DNA of 64,000 nt, from the NCBI GenBank assembly GCA_035623825.1, contig DASPSR010000007.1:192001-256000 (forward strand), read 5' to 3'. Shown here piece after piece: positions 34,792 to 44,906 of the stretch (positions are counted from its first letter, which is position 1; each line of letters begins with the position of its first letter). The position numbers were made by a program, and so were the translations under genes. Below the pieces are notes generated by a model, which was not told the DNA's origin, searched no databases, and saw nothing but the letters and a program-made list of their open reading frames with translations. The stretch is from Nitrospirota bacterium (GTDB lineage Bacteria > Nitrospirota > UBA9217).

Positions 34792-35336
34792 TCACGATTA
34801 ATCTCCTACCCACCAAACGCAAACCGCCAAAAAAAATAACCGAGCTTCAGCAGCAAATTGTTCTCGGCATGCTGATTTTGGTCCTCACGGGGATCGGCTT
34901 TTTGTACTTCTGGACCCAGCTGAACAGCCGTATTGAGAGGCTGCAGCGGGACAATGAAGCCGCGGAGGCCCGGGTTCGCGAACAGGACAACATGCTCAAG
35001 GAAGTACAAACCGTCGAGGAAGAAAGGAAAAAGGTTGCTGACAAGATCGGGGTCATCGAACAGCTGAAAAAAAACCAGAGCAGTCTTGTCCGGCTTCTAG
35101 ACGAGGTTAGCAAGGCACTGCCGCTGGGCGTGAACCTGACATCGCTGTCTGAGTCGAGCGGTCAAGTAAACGTTGAAGGCACAGCTTTCACAAATAACGA
35201 TATCGTCAGATTTGTAGATAACCTGAAGGCGTCACCGCTATTGACGGACGTCTTCTTGCTGGAATCAGCACAGGCCGCACAAGAGGGAGTTGAAATCTAT
35301 AAATATAAGCTGAAGTTAGTTTTCAAGGGAGCGTAA
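34788..35336 (+). CDS. pilN: Type IV pilus assembly protein PilN
   Basis: MITINLLP motif, one TM helix, coiled coil, LP.GVNLTSL. Confidence 0.92.
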   Translation: MITINLLPTKRKPPKKITELQQQIVLGMLILVLTGIGFLYFWTQLNSRIERLQRDNEAAEARVREQDNMLKEVQTVEEERKKVADKIGVIEQLKKNQSSLVRLLDEVSKALPLGVNLTSLSESSGQVNVEGTAFTNNDIVRFVDNLKASPLLTDVFLLESAQAAQEGVEIYKYKLKLVFKGA

Positions 35337-35974
35337 TGGCGCAGGCTATAGCCATAGACAAAATCGCGGTTCAGATACAGAAAATCCCGTCGAAGACGAG
35401 AGTGGTGGGATTTTTTGCTTTTTTGGGCGTTCTCGTGATCCTCTTTATCTGGCAGGTCCACATCCCCAAGAAGACGCAGATCAGGCAGCTCGAGAAGGAT
35501 ATCGCCGTAGTCCAGGCAAAGATAAATGACAACGACGCGAAGATCAGGAGACTCGATGAGCTCAAGGCTGAAGTGAAGTCGCTCGAGAGGAAGCTGCAGG
35601 TGCTAACGGAACAACTCCCTCCGGGAACCGAGGTTTCCGGATTGCTGCGGCAGATACAGAACCTCGTGAGCCAGTCGGGCCTCTCGCTCAAACTTTGGAG
35701 GCCGGAAACACGGAAGGTGCATCCAAGCGGGTTATACGAAGAAATTCCCATCACCATGGAGCTTGACGGCGGGTACCATAATTTGGCATCATTCTTCGAC
35801 CAAGTGAGCAAACTGACGAGGATCGTAAACATGCTGAACCTCAAAATGGGTTCTGCGACGATCAGTAAATCGGGGAACACGGCGATAAAGATAAACTGTA
35901 CAGCCATGACCTTTGCGGCAGTGGAGAAAAAACCTGATGTGGCATCGGGACCAGCAACCCAGAAAGCAAAATAG
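35336..35974 (+). CDS. pilO: Type IV pilus assembly protein PilO
   Basis: TM helix and coiled coil, QLPPGTEVSGLL, YEEIPI...GGYHNLASFF.QVSKL.RIVN. Confidence 0.93.
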   Translation: MAQAIAIDKIAVQIQKIPSKTRVVGFFAFLGVLVILFIWQVHIPKKTQIRQLEKDIAVVQAKINDNDAKIRRLDELKAEVKSLERKLQVLTEQLPPGTEVSGLLRQIQNLVSQSGLSLKLWRPETRKVHPSGLYEEIPITMELDGGYHNLASFFDQVSKLTRIVNMLNLKMGSATISKSGNTAIKINCTAMTFAAVEKKPDVASGPATQKAK

Positions 35975-36503
35975 CGGGCGTCTTGCCCGTGCTGCAGTGC
36001 TCCTGGCAGGGGCAATGATCGCGCTCGCCGGCTGTCCCGAGACGCAAAAGGCTCCGACAAAGCCTGCGACCCAGCCGGTGCAGAAGCAGCCCATCGTCTC
36101 AGCCCCGACCAGGACGGAGATTGCAAAGACTGAAGAAAGGCCCGAGCGGGCATATACCTATAATCCGACCGGCAGGAGTGACCCCTTTGCGCCCATTATC
36201 GTTAAGGAAGGCAGTAAAGGGAAAGGGGGAGACCGTCCACCTCTGGAGCGGTACAACCTGAGCGAGTTCAAGCTTACGGGGATCGTCTGGGGCGGTTTTG
36301 GTTACAATGCGATGCTTGAAGGTCCGGATGGAAAAGGCTATTTTGTCCGAGTCGGCACCATTGTCGGTCCCAATCGCGGGGTTGTGAAGAAAATTACGCA
36401 GAACACCATGGTTGTCGAGGAAAAGTACAAAACATACACGGGAGAAACCGAACGCAAGGAGATTGTAGTCGAACTCCGGAAAAAACAGGAGGAGACCCCA
36501 TGA
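35937..36503 (+). CDS. pilP: Type IV pilus assembly lipoprotein PilP
   Basis: Lipobox LAGC, YNPTGRSDPF, PLERYNLSEFKLTGIVW, DGKGYFV..G..VGPNRGVV; start uncertain. Confidence 0.92.
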   Translation: MWHRDQQPRKQNSGRLARAAVLLAGAMIALAGCPETQKAPTKPATQPVQKQPIVSAPTRTEIAKTEERPERAYTYNPTGRSDPFAPIIVKEGSKGKGGDRPPLERYNLSEFKLTGIVWGGFGYNAMLEGPDGKGYFVRVGTIVGPNRGVVKKITQNTMVVEEKYKTYTGETERKEIVVELRKKQEETP

Positions 36504-38818
36504 AGTATTCTCAACCACGCAGCATTATCTGGTTGATGATCCTCATTTTGCCCATACTGCTGATGCACGGCTGCGCCGCAAAATCGCCGACTGCAGGGGT
36601 GCAACAGGGTCCGTCGGTTGTCATTAACAGTATTGAACCCCGCGATGAGGGCGGCAAGACCGAGATCGACATCGAAGGGGCCGAGCCCATCCAGCAATAC
36701 ACATCGTTCCAGCTTACCGAGCCGCTCAGACTGGTGGTGGACATTTCGGACGCCGACATCAAAAAATTCCATGAAAAGATAAGCGTGAACAAAGGGGCGA
36801 TTTTGGACATCACTCCGAGCCAAGTGGACAATATCGCGCGGCTCGAAATCGCGCTCACTCAGACAGTCGACACGAAGCTCTATCAAGCGGGCGGAAAGTT
36901 GATTATCGAAATCGCCAAGCCCTCCGAGGTCGTTAAGGCCGAGCCTGGAGCGGTCAAACCGGCACCTCTGACTGCTGAACAGGCCACGCCGACGCCAGAG
37001 AAGCCCACGGAAGAAAAACCTGTTGTTGAGAAACCGGAGAAGGGCACAGCAACGATCGTTACCGCGGTCAAGGCGACTGCGGGCAAAGACGGGGTCAAGG
37101 TGGTCATTTCCGCGAACGGCACGATCGTGCCGAGCACATTCATGGTAGAGGGGAAGAAGCTCGTCATCGACATCCCTGGGACCATGAGCAAGGTCAAACC
37201 AAGTGTCGTCCCCGTACGGAAAGGAGGACTCGACAGGGTCCGCATAGGCCAGCACGCTGCGCCCGACCAGAAGGTACGCGTGGTGCTCGACCTGACCAAG
37301 CCGATGGACTACACGACGAAGTCTGAGGGAAATACCATCATCATTGCCATGACCCCCGCGCCCAAAACCGAAGAAAAAGCCCCGCAGGAGAAGGCGGCCC
37401 CCATGGAGCCTGAAAAAGCACCATCAGCGGAAAAGGAAGTAATGCCACCCGCGCTGGAAGCGGAGGCGGTACCTGCACCACCGGCTAAGAACGCAGAGGT
37501 CAGGCGGACCGAACCCGCAGAAGCAGGCGCTTCTTCCCTTATTGGCGGGGGGGCTTACTCCGGACGGAGGATCTCCCTCGACCTGCAGGACGCAGATCTG
37601 GTGAATGTGTTGAGGCTCTTTGCCGAGGTAGCGAACATCAACATGATCCTCTCTCCCGATGTCAAGGGAAAGGTGACCGTACGTATGGTCAATATCCCTT
37701 GGGACCAGGCCATGGATATCATTCTCAAGATGAACGGCCTGGGATATGCGCTTGAGGACAACGTTCTGCGGATCGCTTCTGTCGCGTCCCTGACCAAGGA
37801 GGCCGAGGACGAGTCGAAGGCCAAGGAAGCCAAGAAGAGGGCGGAAGACCTTGTTACCCGCATCGTTTCGATCAATTACGCAAAGGCGAGGGAGGTCGAT
37901 CCCACTCTCAAAAAATCCCTCTCACCCCGCGGTGAAACCGTGGTCGATGAGCGGACTAATACTATAATTATCAAGGACATTCCGCGAAACGTGGATGAAA
38001 TCGTGACCCTGGTAAAAATCCTGGACAAACCCATTGCCCAAGTCATGATCGAGTCGAGGATCGTTCAGGCCTCGACCAACTTCACCCGCGATATCGGCGT
38101 CCAGTGGGGAGGGACCTCGTTCCACGACGCTGCGCACGGAAATCCGACCGGCTTGAGCTTCCCCAACTCAGTCAACGTGACCGGCGGGCCTACTATGGGG
38201 ACGACGCCGTCAGGTTCCGGCAACTTTCTCGTGAACCTCCCTGCTGCGGTATCTCAGGGATCAGGCGGAGCAGTAGGATTCACCTTAGGCTCTCTCAATA
38301 AGGCCTTGAATCTCGACCTTATCCTCTCAGCCATGGAATCTCAAGGTGAAGGCAAAGTCATTTCATCGCCGCGCGTGAGCGCTCTCGACAACAAAGAGGC
38401 GAAGATCGAGCAGGGTCAGTCGATCCCCTACCAGACAACATCGGCTACAGGAACCCAGGTGCAGTTCATTGACGCCGTTGTTCGCTTGACTGTTACACCC
38501 CATGTCACACCAGATAACAAGATCTTCATGAAGATCGTCGCCACCCGAAACGCACCTGACACATCGCTCCTCGGGGCAGGTGGACAGCCGTCAATCTCCA
38601 AGAACGAGGCCACAACAGAGATTCTCCTCTCCGACGGCGAGACTGCGGTGATCGGCGGTATCCTTGTCATCGACCGCGGCTATACGATCCAAAAGGTCCC
38701 ATTCTTTGGTGATCTTCCGCTCATCGGATGGCTCTTTAGAGAGAAGAGTTCGAGGGACAACAAGACGGAGCTGCTTATCTTTATAACCCCGAAGATCATC
38801 AAGCAGGAGGCTATTTAA
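36500..38818 (+). CDS. pilQ: Type IV pilus secretin PilQ with two AMIN domains
   Basis: AMIN (PLRLVVDI; VRVVLDL), YSGRRISLDLQDAD, VDERTN, QVMIESRIV, KVPFFGDLPLIGWLF, ELLIFITPKI. Confidence 0.96.
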   Translation: MKYSQPRSIIWLMILILPILLMHGCAAKSPTAGVQQGPSVVINSIEPRDEGGKTEIDIEGAEPIQQYTSFQLTEPLRLVVDISDADIKKFHEKISVNKGAILDITPSQVDNIARLEIALTQTVDTKLYQAGGKLIIEIAKPSEVVKAEPGAVKPAPLTAEQATPTPEKPTEEKPVVEKPEKGTATIVTAVKATAGKDGVKVVISANGTIVPSTFMVEGKKLVIDIPGTMSKVKPSVVPVRKGGLDRVRIGQHAAPDQKVRVVLDLTKPMDYTTKSEGNTIIIAMTPAPKTEEKAPQEKAAPMEPEKAPSAEKEVMPPALEAEAVPAPPAKNAEVRRTEPAEAGASSLIGGGAYSGRRISLDLQDADLVNVLRLFAEVANINMILSPDVKGKVTVRMVNIPWDQAMDIILKMNGLGYALEDNVLRIASVASLTKEAEDESKAKEAKKRAEDLVTRIVSINYAKAREVDPTLKKSLSPRGETVVDERTNTIIIKDIPRNVDEIVTLVKILDKPIAQVMIESRIVQASTNFTRDIGVQWGGTSFHDAAHGNPTGLSFPNSVNVTGGPTMGTTPSGSGNFLVNLPAAVSQGSGGAVGFTLGSLNKALNLDLILSAMESQGEGKVISSPRVSALDNKEAKIEQGQSIPYQTTSATGTQVQFIDAVVRLTVTPHVTPDNKIFMKIVATRNAPDTSLLGAGGQPSISKNEATTEILLSDGETAVIGGILVIDRGYTIQKVPFFGDLPLIGWLFREKSSRDNKTELLIFITPKIIKQEAI

Positions 38819-39024
38819 CAGGATTTGCTCGCTTCAGTGTGCATTGGTGAAAAATGCTGCGATTTGCCGTAGCAAGGCTAGCACTATGTAAACAAGGAAC
38901 TCAGGCGGTTTGCACAAACCGCAGGCATATTGGTAGCCGATACTGTAAAAATCATGGTGTTATGACGGTGGTGGTGCTTCACGTAATTTGATTTCTTGAG
39001 AGATGTTGCGAGGAGGTTGGATCG

Positions 39025-39510
39025 ATGAAACTGACCATAAAACAGAAGCAGACCGTGATTCTTACCCTGCTTTTCGTCCTGATTTTGATAACTCTGGCAC
39101 AGGGATGCGGAAGTGAAAGTAATTCTAATAACTGTACCGCCCCGGCCGGGTCAAAAATAACAATATCTCCCGCAAGCTCGACGATTAGCACAGGTGGTGT
39201 TGGTCTTTTCCAGCCAACAAACCTTAATTGGCTAGTCACTGTGGATTACCCTGACGGCACGGTTATGCCAAAAGCATGCATCACGGTAATTGGAACATTT
39301 GCGGTCCCGAACGGGTATGGGCTCTACCAGTTTTTCACCGGACCCAACAGCACTGGCGTAGCTGTCAATTCGGGGTTTAGCGCCCAGTCGGATGACTTCG
39401 GCCAATACACGTTTTCAACACTACTCACCGCTGGAACTGGTACGTGGACTGACACTCTTTATGTTCAATCCGGTACGAATCAAGGAAGTGCGACAATAAC
39501 AGTAAATTAG
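39025..39510 (+). CDS. Hypothetical Thr/Gly/Ser-rich lipoprotein, probably Ig-like
   Basis: GGAGG RBS; lipoprotein signal ending AQGC; beta-rich sequence with SDDFGQYTF and a terminal ATITVN. Confidence 0.7.
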   Translation: MKLTIKQKQTVILTLLFVLILITLAQGCGSESNSNNCTAPAGSKITISPASSTISTGGVGLFQPTNLNWLVTVDYPDGTVMPKACITVIGTFAVPNGYGLYQFFTGPNSTGVAVNSGFSAQSDDFGQYTFSTLLTAGTGTWTDTLYVQSGTNQGSATITVN

Positions 39511-39723
39511 GATTGTTCGTTTGTCCATCATTTTGCATCAGGGGTATGTAATAATTCTGGTATTTAAGAAGTTTCTGTAAACACTGCCGGCATATTGCGG
39601 TTAAACCATTTTTTGCAACAGTGCAGATCGGCACATGTTCTGTACAAGATACGTAAGCCATATCGCTGTGATTCATGCCAGCACCTTCCATATAACAACG
39701 TACTTTTTGTAAACCCGCAACTG

Positions 39724-40413
39724 ATGCATAGCCTTAAACAACGCATATTACACGCCCTCGAGTCGAACGATCTGGATGCCGTTGTCTCGCTGGTAAAGAA
39801 TGAGAGAAGGTCGCTGAGCATACTTGTGCGCATCTCGTACGATAAGGAAACTCTTGCTGCATGGCGAGCGATCAAGGCAGTCGGACTAGCGGCGAAGGAG
39901 ATCATAAAAACGGATGACGGATTTCTGCGCGAGGCGGTGCGCAAGCTCCTCTGGTCTCTTTCGGACGAGTCCGGCGGCATCGGCTGGTCCGCGCCCGAGC
40001 TGCTCGGCGAGATCGTGAGCGCCGACCCGAAAAGGTTTAGCGACATTATCCCGCTCATTGCGCAGGTCTATGAGATCGAAGAAGAGGTGTTCAGGCCAGG
40101 TGTGGTGTACGCCCTCGCCCGGATCGCGGAGGCCGATCCTGAGCAAATCGCAGTCTATCAGGAAATAGTTGTGAAGTCGTTGGCTGATAAGAATCCTCTG
40201 CTCAATTTATACGGGCTTCAGCTTGTGGAAAGGTTGTGGCAGCCGGCAATCCGCGAAAACTTATGGAATCCTGAATATATCGGAATGGTGATGAACCTTA
40301 TTGAAAAAATAACCACATATAAAGAAGTGGAATGGATATATAAAAATGAAGGATTTATTAGCTGTCAAGTGGGAGACATGGCAAAAAAAATACATAAATA
40401 TATATCTCAATAA
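39724..40413 (+). CDS. HEAT-repeat protein (DVU0298-like)
   Basis: WRAIKAVG...RKLLWSLSDESGGIGWSAPELLGEI...GVVYALARIA, as I recall for this family of anaerobe proteins; start at ATG 39724. Confidence 0.7.
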   Translation: MHSLKQRILHALESNDLDAVVSLVKNERRSLSILVRISYDKETLAAWRAIKAVGLAAKEIIKTDDGFLREAVRKLLWSLSDESGGIGWSAPELLGEIVSADPKRFSDIIPLIAQVYEIEEEVFRPGVVYALARIAEADPEQIAVYQEIVVKSLADKNPLLNLYGLQLVERLWQPAIRENLWNPEYIGMVMNLIEKITTYKEVEWIYKNEGFISCQVGDMAKKIHKYISQ

Positions 40414-40450
40414 GATAAAATAGGGCTACTTATTATTTTTTTGCAATAAA

Positions 40451-40480
40451 CTTGACAATGACTGACTAATATTATATAAT
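40451..40480 (+). promoter_or_regulatory. Consensus sigma70 promoter of dnaJ-hspR-clpB with an overlapping HAIR-like site
   Basis: TTGACA-N17-TATAAT (40452-40480); CTTGACA-N7-ACTAATA (40451-40471) partly matches HAIR CTTGAGT-N7-ACTCAAG. Confidence 0.75.
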
Positions 40481-40508
40481 ACGCTCACTATAATATTATG
40501 GAGATGCT

Positions 40509-41645
40509 ATGGGGGCGACAACGAAGAGAGATTATTACGAGGTTCTTGGTGTCGGCAGGGGCGCTTCTGAAGCAGACATTAAAAAGGCATTTAGAAAACT
40601 TGCACGGAAGCATCATCCCGATGTCAATCCTGGCGATAAGACCGCAGAACAAAAATTCAAGGAGATAAATGAAGCCTACGAGGTCCTGTCTGACGCCAAG
40701 AAAAGGCAGCAGTACGACCAGTTTGGCCACGCAGCTTTTGAAGCTGGCTTCGGACAAGGTCCTAGTGGCTCCGGACCTGGATTCGAGGGCTTCGCGCAGG
40801 GTCCGGAATCCTTCAGAGGCGGCGGTTTTGAGGACATCTTTGGCAACATATTCGGCGAACGGGGGGCGAGACAGCGAGGGCCGCGCAGGGGCGAGGATAT
40901 CACCTATACTGTTGAGATCGATCTCGAAGACGCTATATTCGGCAAGACCATGCAGGTTGATCTCCGACGCGATATAACCTGTTCAACGTGCAACGGCACG
41001 GGTTCTCAGCCGGGAACATCTTCCCGCACCTGCCCGACCTGCAAGGGCAGCGGGAGCGTATCGCAGGGCCGGGGGTACTTCTCATTCGAACAACCCTGTC
41101 CGACCTGCCATGGCGAGGGGAAGATCAATCCGAATCCCTGCAGGGTATGCGGTGGCAGCGGCGTTATTCCAAGATCCGAACGCATAAACGTCAAGATCCC
41201 GCCCGGAGTGGACAACGGGTCAAAGGTTAGGGTTGCGGGCATGGGCGAACCAGGCGAGCGGGGCGGGCCTGCGGGAGACGTCTATATCATAACGAGGGTG
41301 AGGCCGCACTTCTACTTTGAGCGCAAGGGCGATAATCTCTATTCCGAAGCGAACGTGACAGCAAAGGAGGCCGCGCTCGGCGACAAAATAGAAATTCCCA
41401 CCGTAGACGGCATGGTGGCACTCACCATCCCTCCAGGCACGCAGTGCGGGCAGCAGCTTAAGCTCAAGGGTAAGGGTGTCCCCCACCTCGGCGGAGGGGG
41501 CGTCGGCGACCACTATGTAACGATAAAGGTGGCCACTCCGACTGGTCTGTCCGAACGGGGCAAAGAGCTGCTTCGCGAGCTAGACCGGCTTCATCCCTCG
41601 AATCCGAGGTCGGGAACGACGTTCAGAGGGTTCAGAAAGCGATGA
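40509..41645 (+). CDS. dnaJ: Chaperone DnaJ
   Basis: DYYEVLGV...HHPD J-domain, G/F region, four CxxCxGxG zinc-finger repeats. Confidence 0.96.
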   Translation: MGATTKRDYYEVLGVGRGASEADIKKAFRKLARKHHPDVNPGDKTAEQKFKEINEAYEVLSDAKKRQQYDQFGHAAFEAGFGQGPSGSGPGFEGFAQGPESFRGGGFEDIFGNIFGERGARQRGPRRGEDITYTVEIDLEDAIFGKTMQVDLRRDITCSTCNGTGSQPGTSSRTCPTCKGSGSVSQGRGYFSFEQPCPTCHGEGKINPNPCRVCGGSGVIPRSERINVKIPPGVDNGSKVRVAGMGEPGERGGPAGDVYIITRVRPHFYFERKGDNLYSEANVTAKEAALGDKIEIPTVDGMVALTIPPGTQCGQQLKLKGKGVPHLGGGGVGDHYVTIKVATPTGLSERGKELLRELDRLHPSNPRSGTTFRGFRKR

Positions 41646-41711
41646 GTCAGGCTCCTGGGGCGAGGAACAAGTGTCCAGCATCCGGAGATATCGTACGTAA
41701 CGGGGTGAATT

Positions 41712-42089
41712 ATGGCTGCACGTGAACACAGACTGTTTATGATCAGCGTGGTTTCCGAAATGCTCGGCATCCATCCGCAGACGCTGAGGCTCTATGAGCG
41801 CGAAGGTTTCATCAAGCCCAAGCGGAGCGTTGGGAACACTCGCCTCTATTCCGAGGAGGACGTGGAAAAGCTCGAGATGATCCTTCGGCTTACACGCGAC
41901 CTCGGCGTGAACCTGGCTGGCGTCGAAGTGATCCTCTCGATGCGAAAGAAGATGGAGCAGATGCAGAAGGAGATGGATGAGACCATCATGCAGTTGCATG
42001 AGGATCTCGCACGAGAGATCCGTCGGCGGGAAGAGATAAAGAACGCCCTCGTGCCCGTGAGGAGGATTGTCGTAAGACGAGGAGAATAA
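41712..42089 (+). CDS. hspR: Heat-shock repressor HspR (MerR family)
   Basis: ISVVSEMLGIHPQTLRLYEREG..PKRS.GNTRLYS...LGVNLAGV; located between dnaJ and clpB. Confidence 0.92.
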   Translation: MAAREHRLFMISVVSEMLGIHPQTLRLYEREGFIKPKRSVGNTRLYSEEDVEKLEMILRLTRDLGVNLAGVEVILSMRKKMEQMQKEMDETIMQLHEDLAREIRRREEIKNALVPVRRIVVRRGE

Positions 42090-42169
42090 GGGCGCGGCGC
42101 CTGCAGCATTGAACATCGAATATCGTAGGGGTTTCCCTCGTGCCCTACGCGTGGTTTGAGGAGGTTGCA

Positions 42170-44770
42170 ATGGTACGGTTTGATAAACTTACACTAAAAG
42201 CGCAAGAAGCGTTGCAGGCGGCTCAGGACATCGCCGGGAAGCGACACCATCAACAGATGGAACCCGAACACCTGCTGCTTGCACTCGTCGCTCAGACAGA
42301 CGGCGTCGTACTCCCGCTGCTCAAGAAACTCGGCGCAGATCCCGCCAGGCTCAAGGACGAAATCGAGGAAGCCCTGAACAGGCTCCCCCAGGTCGAGGGG
42401 CTGGTGCAGACCTATCTTTCGCCGAGGCTTGGCAGGCTATTCGACAAAGCTGAGCAGGAGGCCGATCGGTTCAAGGATGAGTATGTCAGCACCGAGCATC
42501 TACTGATCGCCGCAGCTGACGGCGACGGCGCGGTACATGACATTCTCGCCCGGCACGGAATGACAAAGGACCGGATTTTCACAGCCCTCATGGACATCAG
42601 AGGGTCCCAGCGAGTGACGGATCAGAATCCGGAGGACAAGTACCAGGCCCTTACCCGTTACGGCAGGGACCTGACTGATTTGGCGCGACGAGGGAAGCTC
42701 GATCCCGTAATAGGCCGCGACGAGGAGATCCGACGCGTGGTTCAGGTGCTATCCCGCCGTACCAAGAACAATCCCGTGCTCATCGGCGAGCCGGGGGTGG
42801 GCAAGACAGCAATTGCCGAAGGGCTTGCACAGCGCGTCGTGAGCGGCGATGTGCCTGAAGGGTTGAAGAACAAGCGCGTGGTCGCGCTCGACATGGGCGC
42901 GCTCATCGCCGGTGCAAAGTACAGAGGCGAGTTCGAGGATCGTCTGAAGGCCGTGCTCAAGGAAGTGACGGAAGCCAACGGCGAAGTGATCCTCTTCATC
43001 GACGAACTGCATACCGTCGTCGGAGCAGGCGCCGCAGAGGGTGCCATGGACGCTTCGAACATGCTCAAGCCCGCGCTTGCCCGTGGCGAGCTGCGGTGTG
43101 TTGGGGCCACCACGCTGAACGAGTATCGGAAGCACATCGAGAAGGACCCCGCGCTCGAGCGCCGGTTCCAACCGGTCATGGTGAGTGAGCCCTCGGTGGA
43201 GGACACGATATCGATCCTCCGAGGCCTCAAGGAGCGATACGAGGTGCATCACGGAGTGAAGATCAAGGACTCGGCTCTCGTGAGCGCCGCGGTTCTCTCG
43301 CACCGCTACATCGCAGACCGGTTCCTGCCTGACAAGGCCATCGATCTGATCGATGAGGCTGCATCGCGCCTCCGGATGGAGATTGACAGCATGCCGATTG
43401 AGCTTGACGAGGTGGAGCGCAGGATCAGGCAACTCGAGATTGAGCGGGAGGCCGTGAAAAAGGAGCAGGACCTCGCATCGCGGGAGAGGCTCACGAAGAT
43501 AGACAAGGAAATTTCCGAACTTTCCGAGAGGCGGAGCGGCCTCAAGGCACAGTGGCAAGCTGAGAAAGAGGGAATTCAGAAGATACGAAGCATCAAGGAA
43601 CAGACCGAGCAGGCCAAGGTCGATGCAGAGAAGGCTGAGCGAGAAGGCAATCTGGGACGTGCGGCTGAGCTGAGGTACGGTAAGCTGCTTGAACTCCAGA
43701 AACAGCTCGATCAGGAGTCGTCCAAGCTTGCAAAAGTGCAGTCCCAGAAGAAGATCCTGAAGGAAGAGGTGGATGATGAGGATGTGGCCGAGATCGTATC
43801 CAAGTGGACCGGTATTCCTGTGAGCAGGATGCTCGAGGGCGAGGTCAAGAAACTGCTGCATATGGAGGAGAAGTTGCGGATGCGCGTCGTAGGCCAGGAC
43901 GAGGCTATTGAGGCGGTTTCCGATGCGGTGCGACGGGCGCGCGCAGGCATCCAGGACCCGAACCGTCCGATCGGGAGCTTCATCTTCATGGGTCCCACGG
44001 GCGTGGGCAAGACGGAGCTCGCCCGGGCGCTCGCCGAGTTCCTCTTCGATGATGAGCAGGCTATGATCCGTATCGACATGTCTGAGTACCAGGAGCGACA
44101 CACGGTTTCACGCCTTATCGGGGCCCCCCCGGGGTATGTGGGGTATGAGGAGGGAGGTCAGCTGACCGAAGCAGTACGGAGGAGGCCGTACTCTGTCATC
44201 CTATTCGATGAGATCGAGAAGGCGCACCCTGAGGTCTTCAACGTGCTGCTTCAGCTTCTCGACGACGGCAGGCTCACCGATGGCAAGGGTAGGACCGTGG
44301 ATTTCAAGAACACGGTAGTCATCATGACTTCGAACATAGGTAGCCAGTACATCCAAGACCTCCACAACAATGAGCAAGAGATGCGTCGGAGAGTGACAGA
44401 GACGATGCGTCAATACTTCAAGCCGGAGTTCCTGAACCGAGTTGACGACATAATCATCTTCCATCCTCTAGATGCCGAAATGCTGAAACAAATCGTTTCC
44501 ATCCAGGTCGGGCGCTTGCAGAAGCGGCTGACTGACAAGAAGATCGAGGTAGAGCTTACTGACGGCGCCAAGGAGCTCATGGCCGAGGAAGGCTTTGACA
44601 TGGTCTACGGCGCGCGGCCGCTCAAACGAGTGATCCAGCGGGACGTGCTGAATCCGCTCGCGTCAAAGATACTTTCCGGAGAAGTCAAGGAAGGCTCGAA
44701 AGTCGTGGTGGATCGGGAAGACCGCCGGCTTGTTTTCAGGTCGGCAGCGCAGGCGATGGCCTCCAGGTAG
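42170..44770 (+). CDS. clpB: ATP-dependent chaperone ClpB
   Basis: [24 protein letters not shown], coiled-coil M domain, [29 protein letters not shown]; ATG 42170. Confidence 0.97.
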   Translation: MVRFDKLTLKAQEALQAAQDIAGKRHHQQMEPEHLLLALVAQTDGVVLPLLKKLGADPARLKDEIEEALNRLPQVEGLVQTYLSPRLGRLFDKAEQEADRFKDEYVSTEHLLIAAADGDGAVHDILARHGMTKDRIFTALMDIRGSQRVTDQNPEDKYQALTRYGRDLTDLARRGKLDPVIGRDEEIRRVVQVLSRRTKNNPVLIGEPGVGKTAIAEGLAQRVVSGDVPEGLKNKRVVALDMGALIAGAKYRGEFEDRLKAVLKEVTEANGEVILFIDELHTVVGAGAAEGAMDASNMLKPALARGELRCVGATTLNEYRKHIEKDPALERRFQPVMVSEPSVEDTISILRGLKERYEVHHGVKIKDSALVSAAVLSHRYIADRFLPDKAIDLIDEAASRLRMEIDSMPIELDEVERRIRQLEIEREAVKKEQDLASRERLTKIDKEISELSERRSGLKAQWQAEKEGIQKIRSIKEQTEQAKVDAEKAEREGNLGRAAELRYGKLLELQKQLDQESSKLAKVQSQKKILKEEVDDEDVAEIVSKWTGIPVSRMLEGEVKKLLHMEEKLRMRVVGQDEAIEAVSDAVRRARAGIQDPNRPIGSFIFMGPTGVGKTELARALAEFLFDDEQAMIRIDMSEYQERHTVSRLIGAPPGYVGYEEGGQLTEAVRRRPYSVILFDEIEKAHPEVFNVLLQLLDDGRLTDGKGRTVDFKNTVVIMTSNIGSQYIQDLHNNEQEMRRRVTETMRQYFKPEFLNRVDDIIIFHPLDAEMLKQIVSIQVGRLQKRLTDKKIEVELTDGAKELMAEEGFDMVYGARPLKRVIQRDVLNPLASKILSGEVKEGSKVVVDREDRRLVFRSAAQAMASR

Positions 44771-44834
44771 GGATAGTACGGAGGTCCTTCGCAGCTGCGC
44801 CACAAAAAAAGACAGCAAGACAAATTATTTATGG

Positions 44835-44863
44835 TTGACAAAAGAATAATGGTGGTATATTAT
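44835..44863 (+). promoter_or_regulatory. sigma70 promoter of the diguanylate cyclase gene
   Basis: TTGACA-N17-TATTAT. Confidence 0.65.
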
Positions 44864-44906
44864 TACAGTTAGATCGCTGCGGTTCCGGGATGAGGGCACG
44901 TAGGGA

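Noticed and set aside
38860-38960. c-di-GMP-I riboswitch or sigma54 promoter upstream of the lipoprotein gene
   Set aside because: The GNRA tetraloop/receptor architecture is absent; the GG-N10-GC match (AGGCATATTGGTAGC) deviates from TGGCAC-N5-TTGC.
42749-44101. Long antisense ORFs (e.g. 450 aa opposite clpB; also 14561-15673, 27784-28956, 3395-4141, 57914-58840)
   Set aside because: Shadow ORFs opposite well-conserved genes in GC-rich DNA, with no recognisable motifs.
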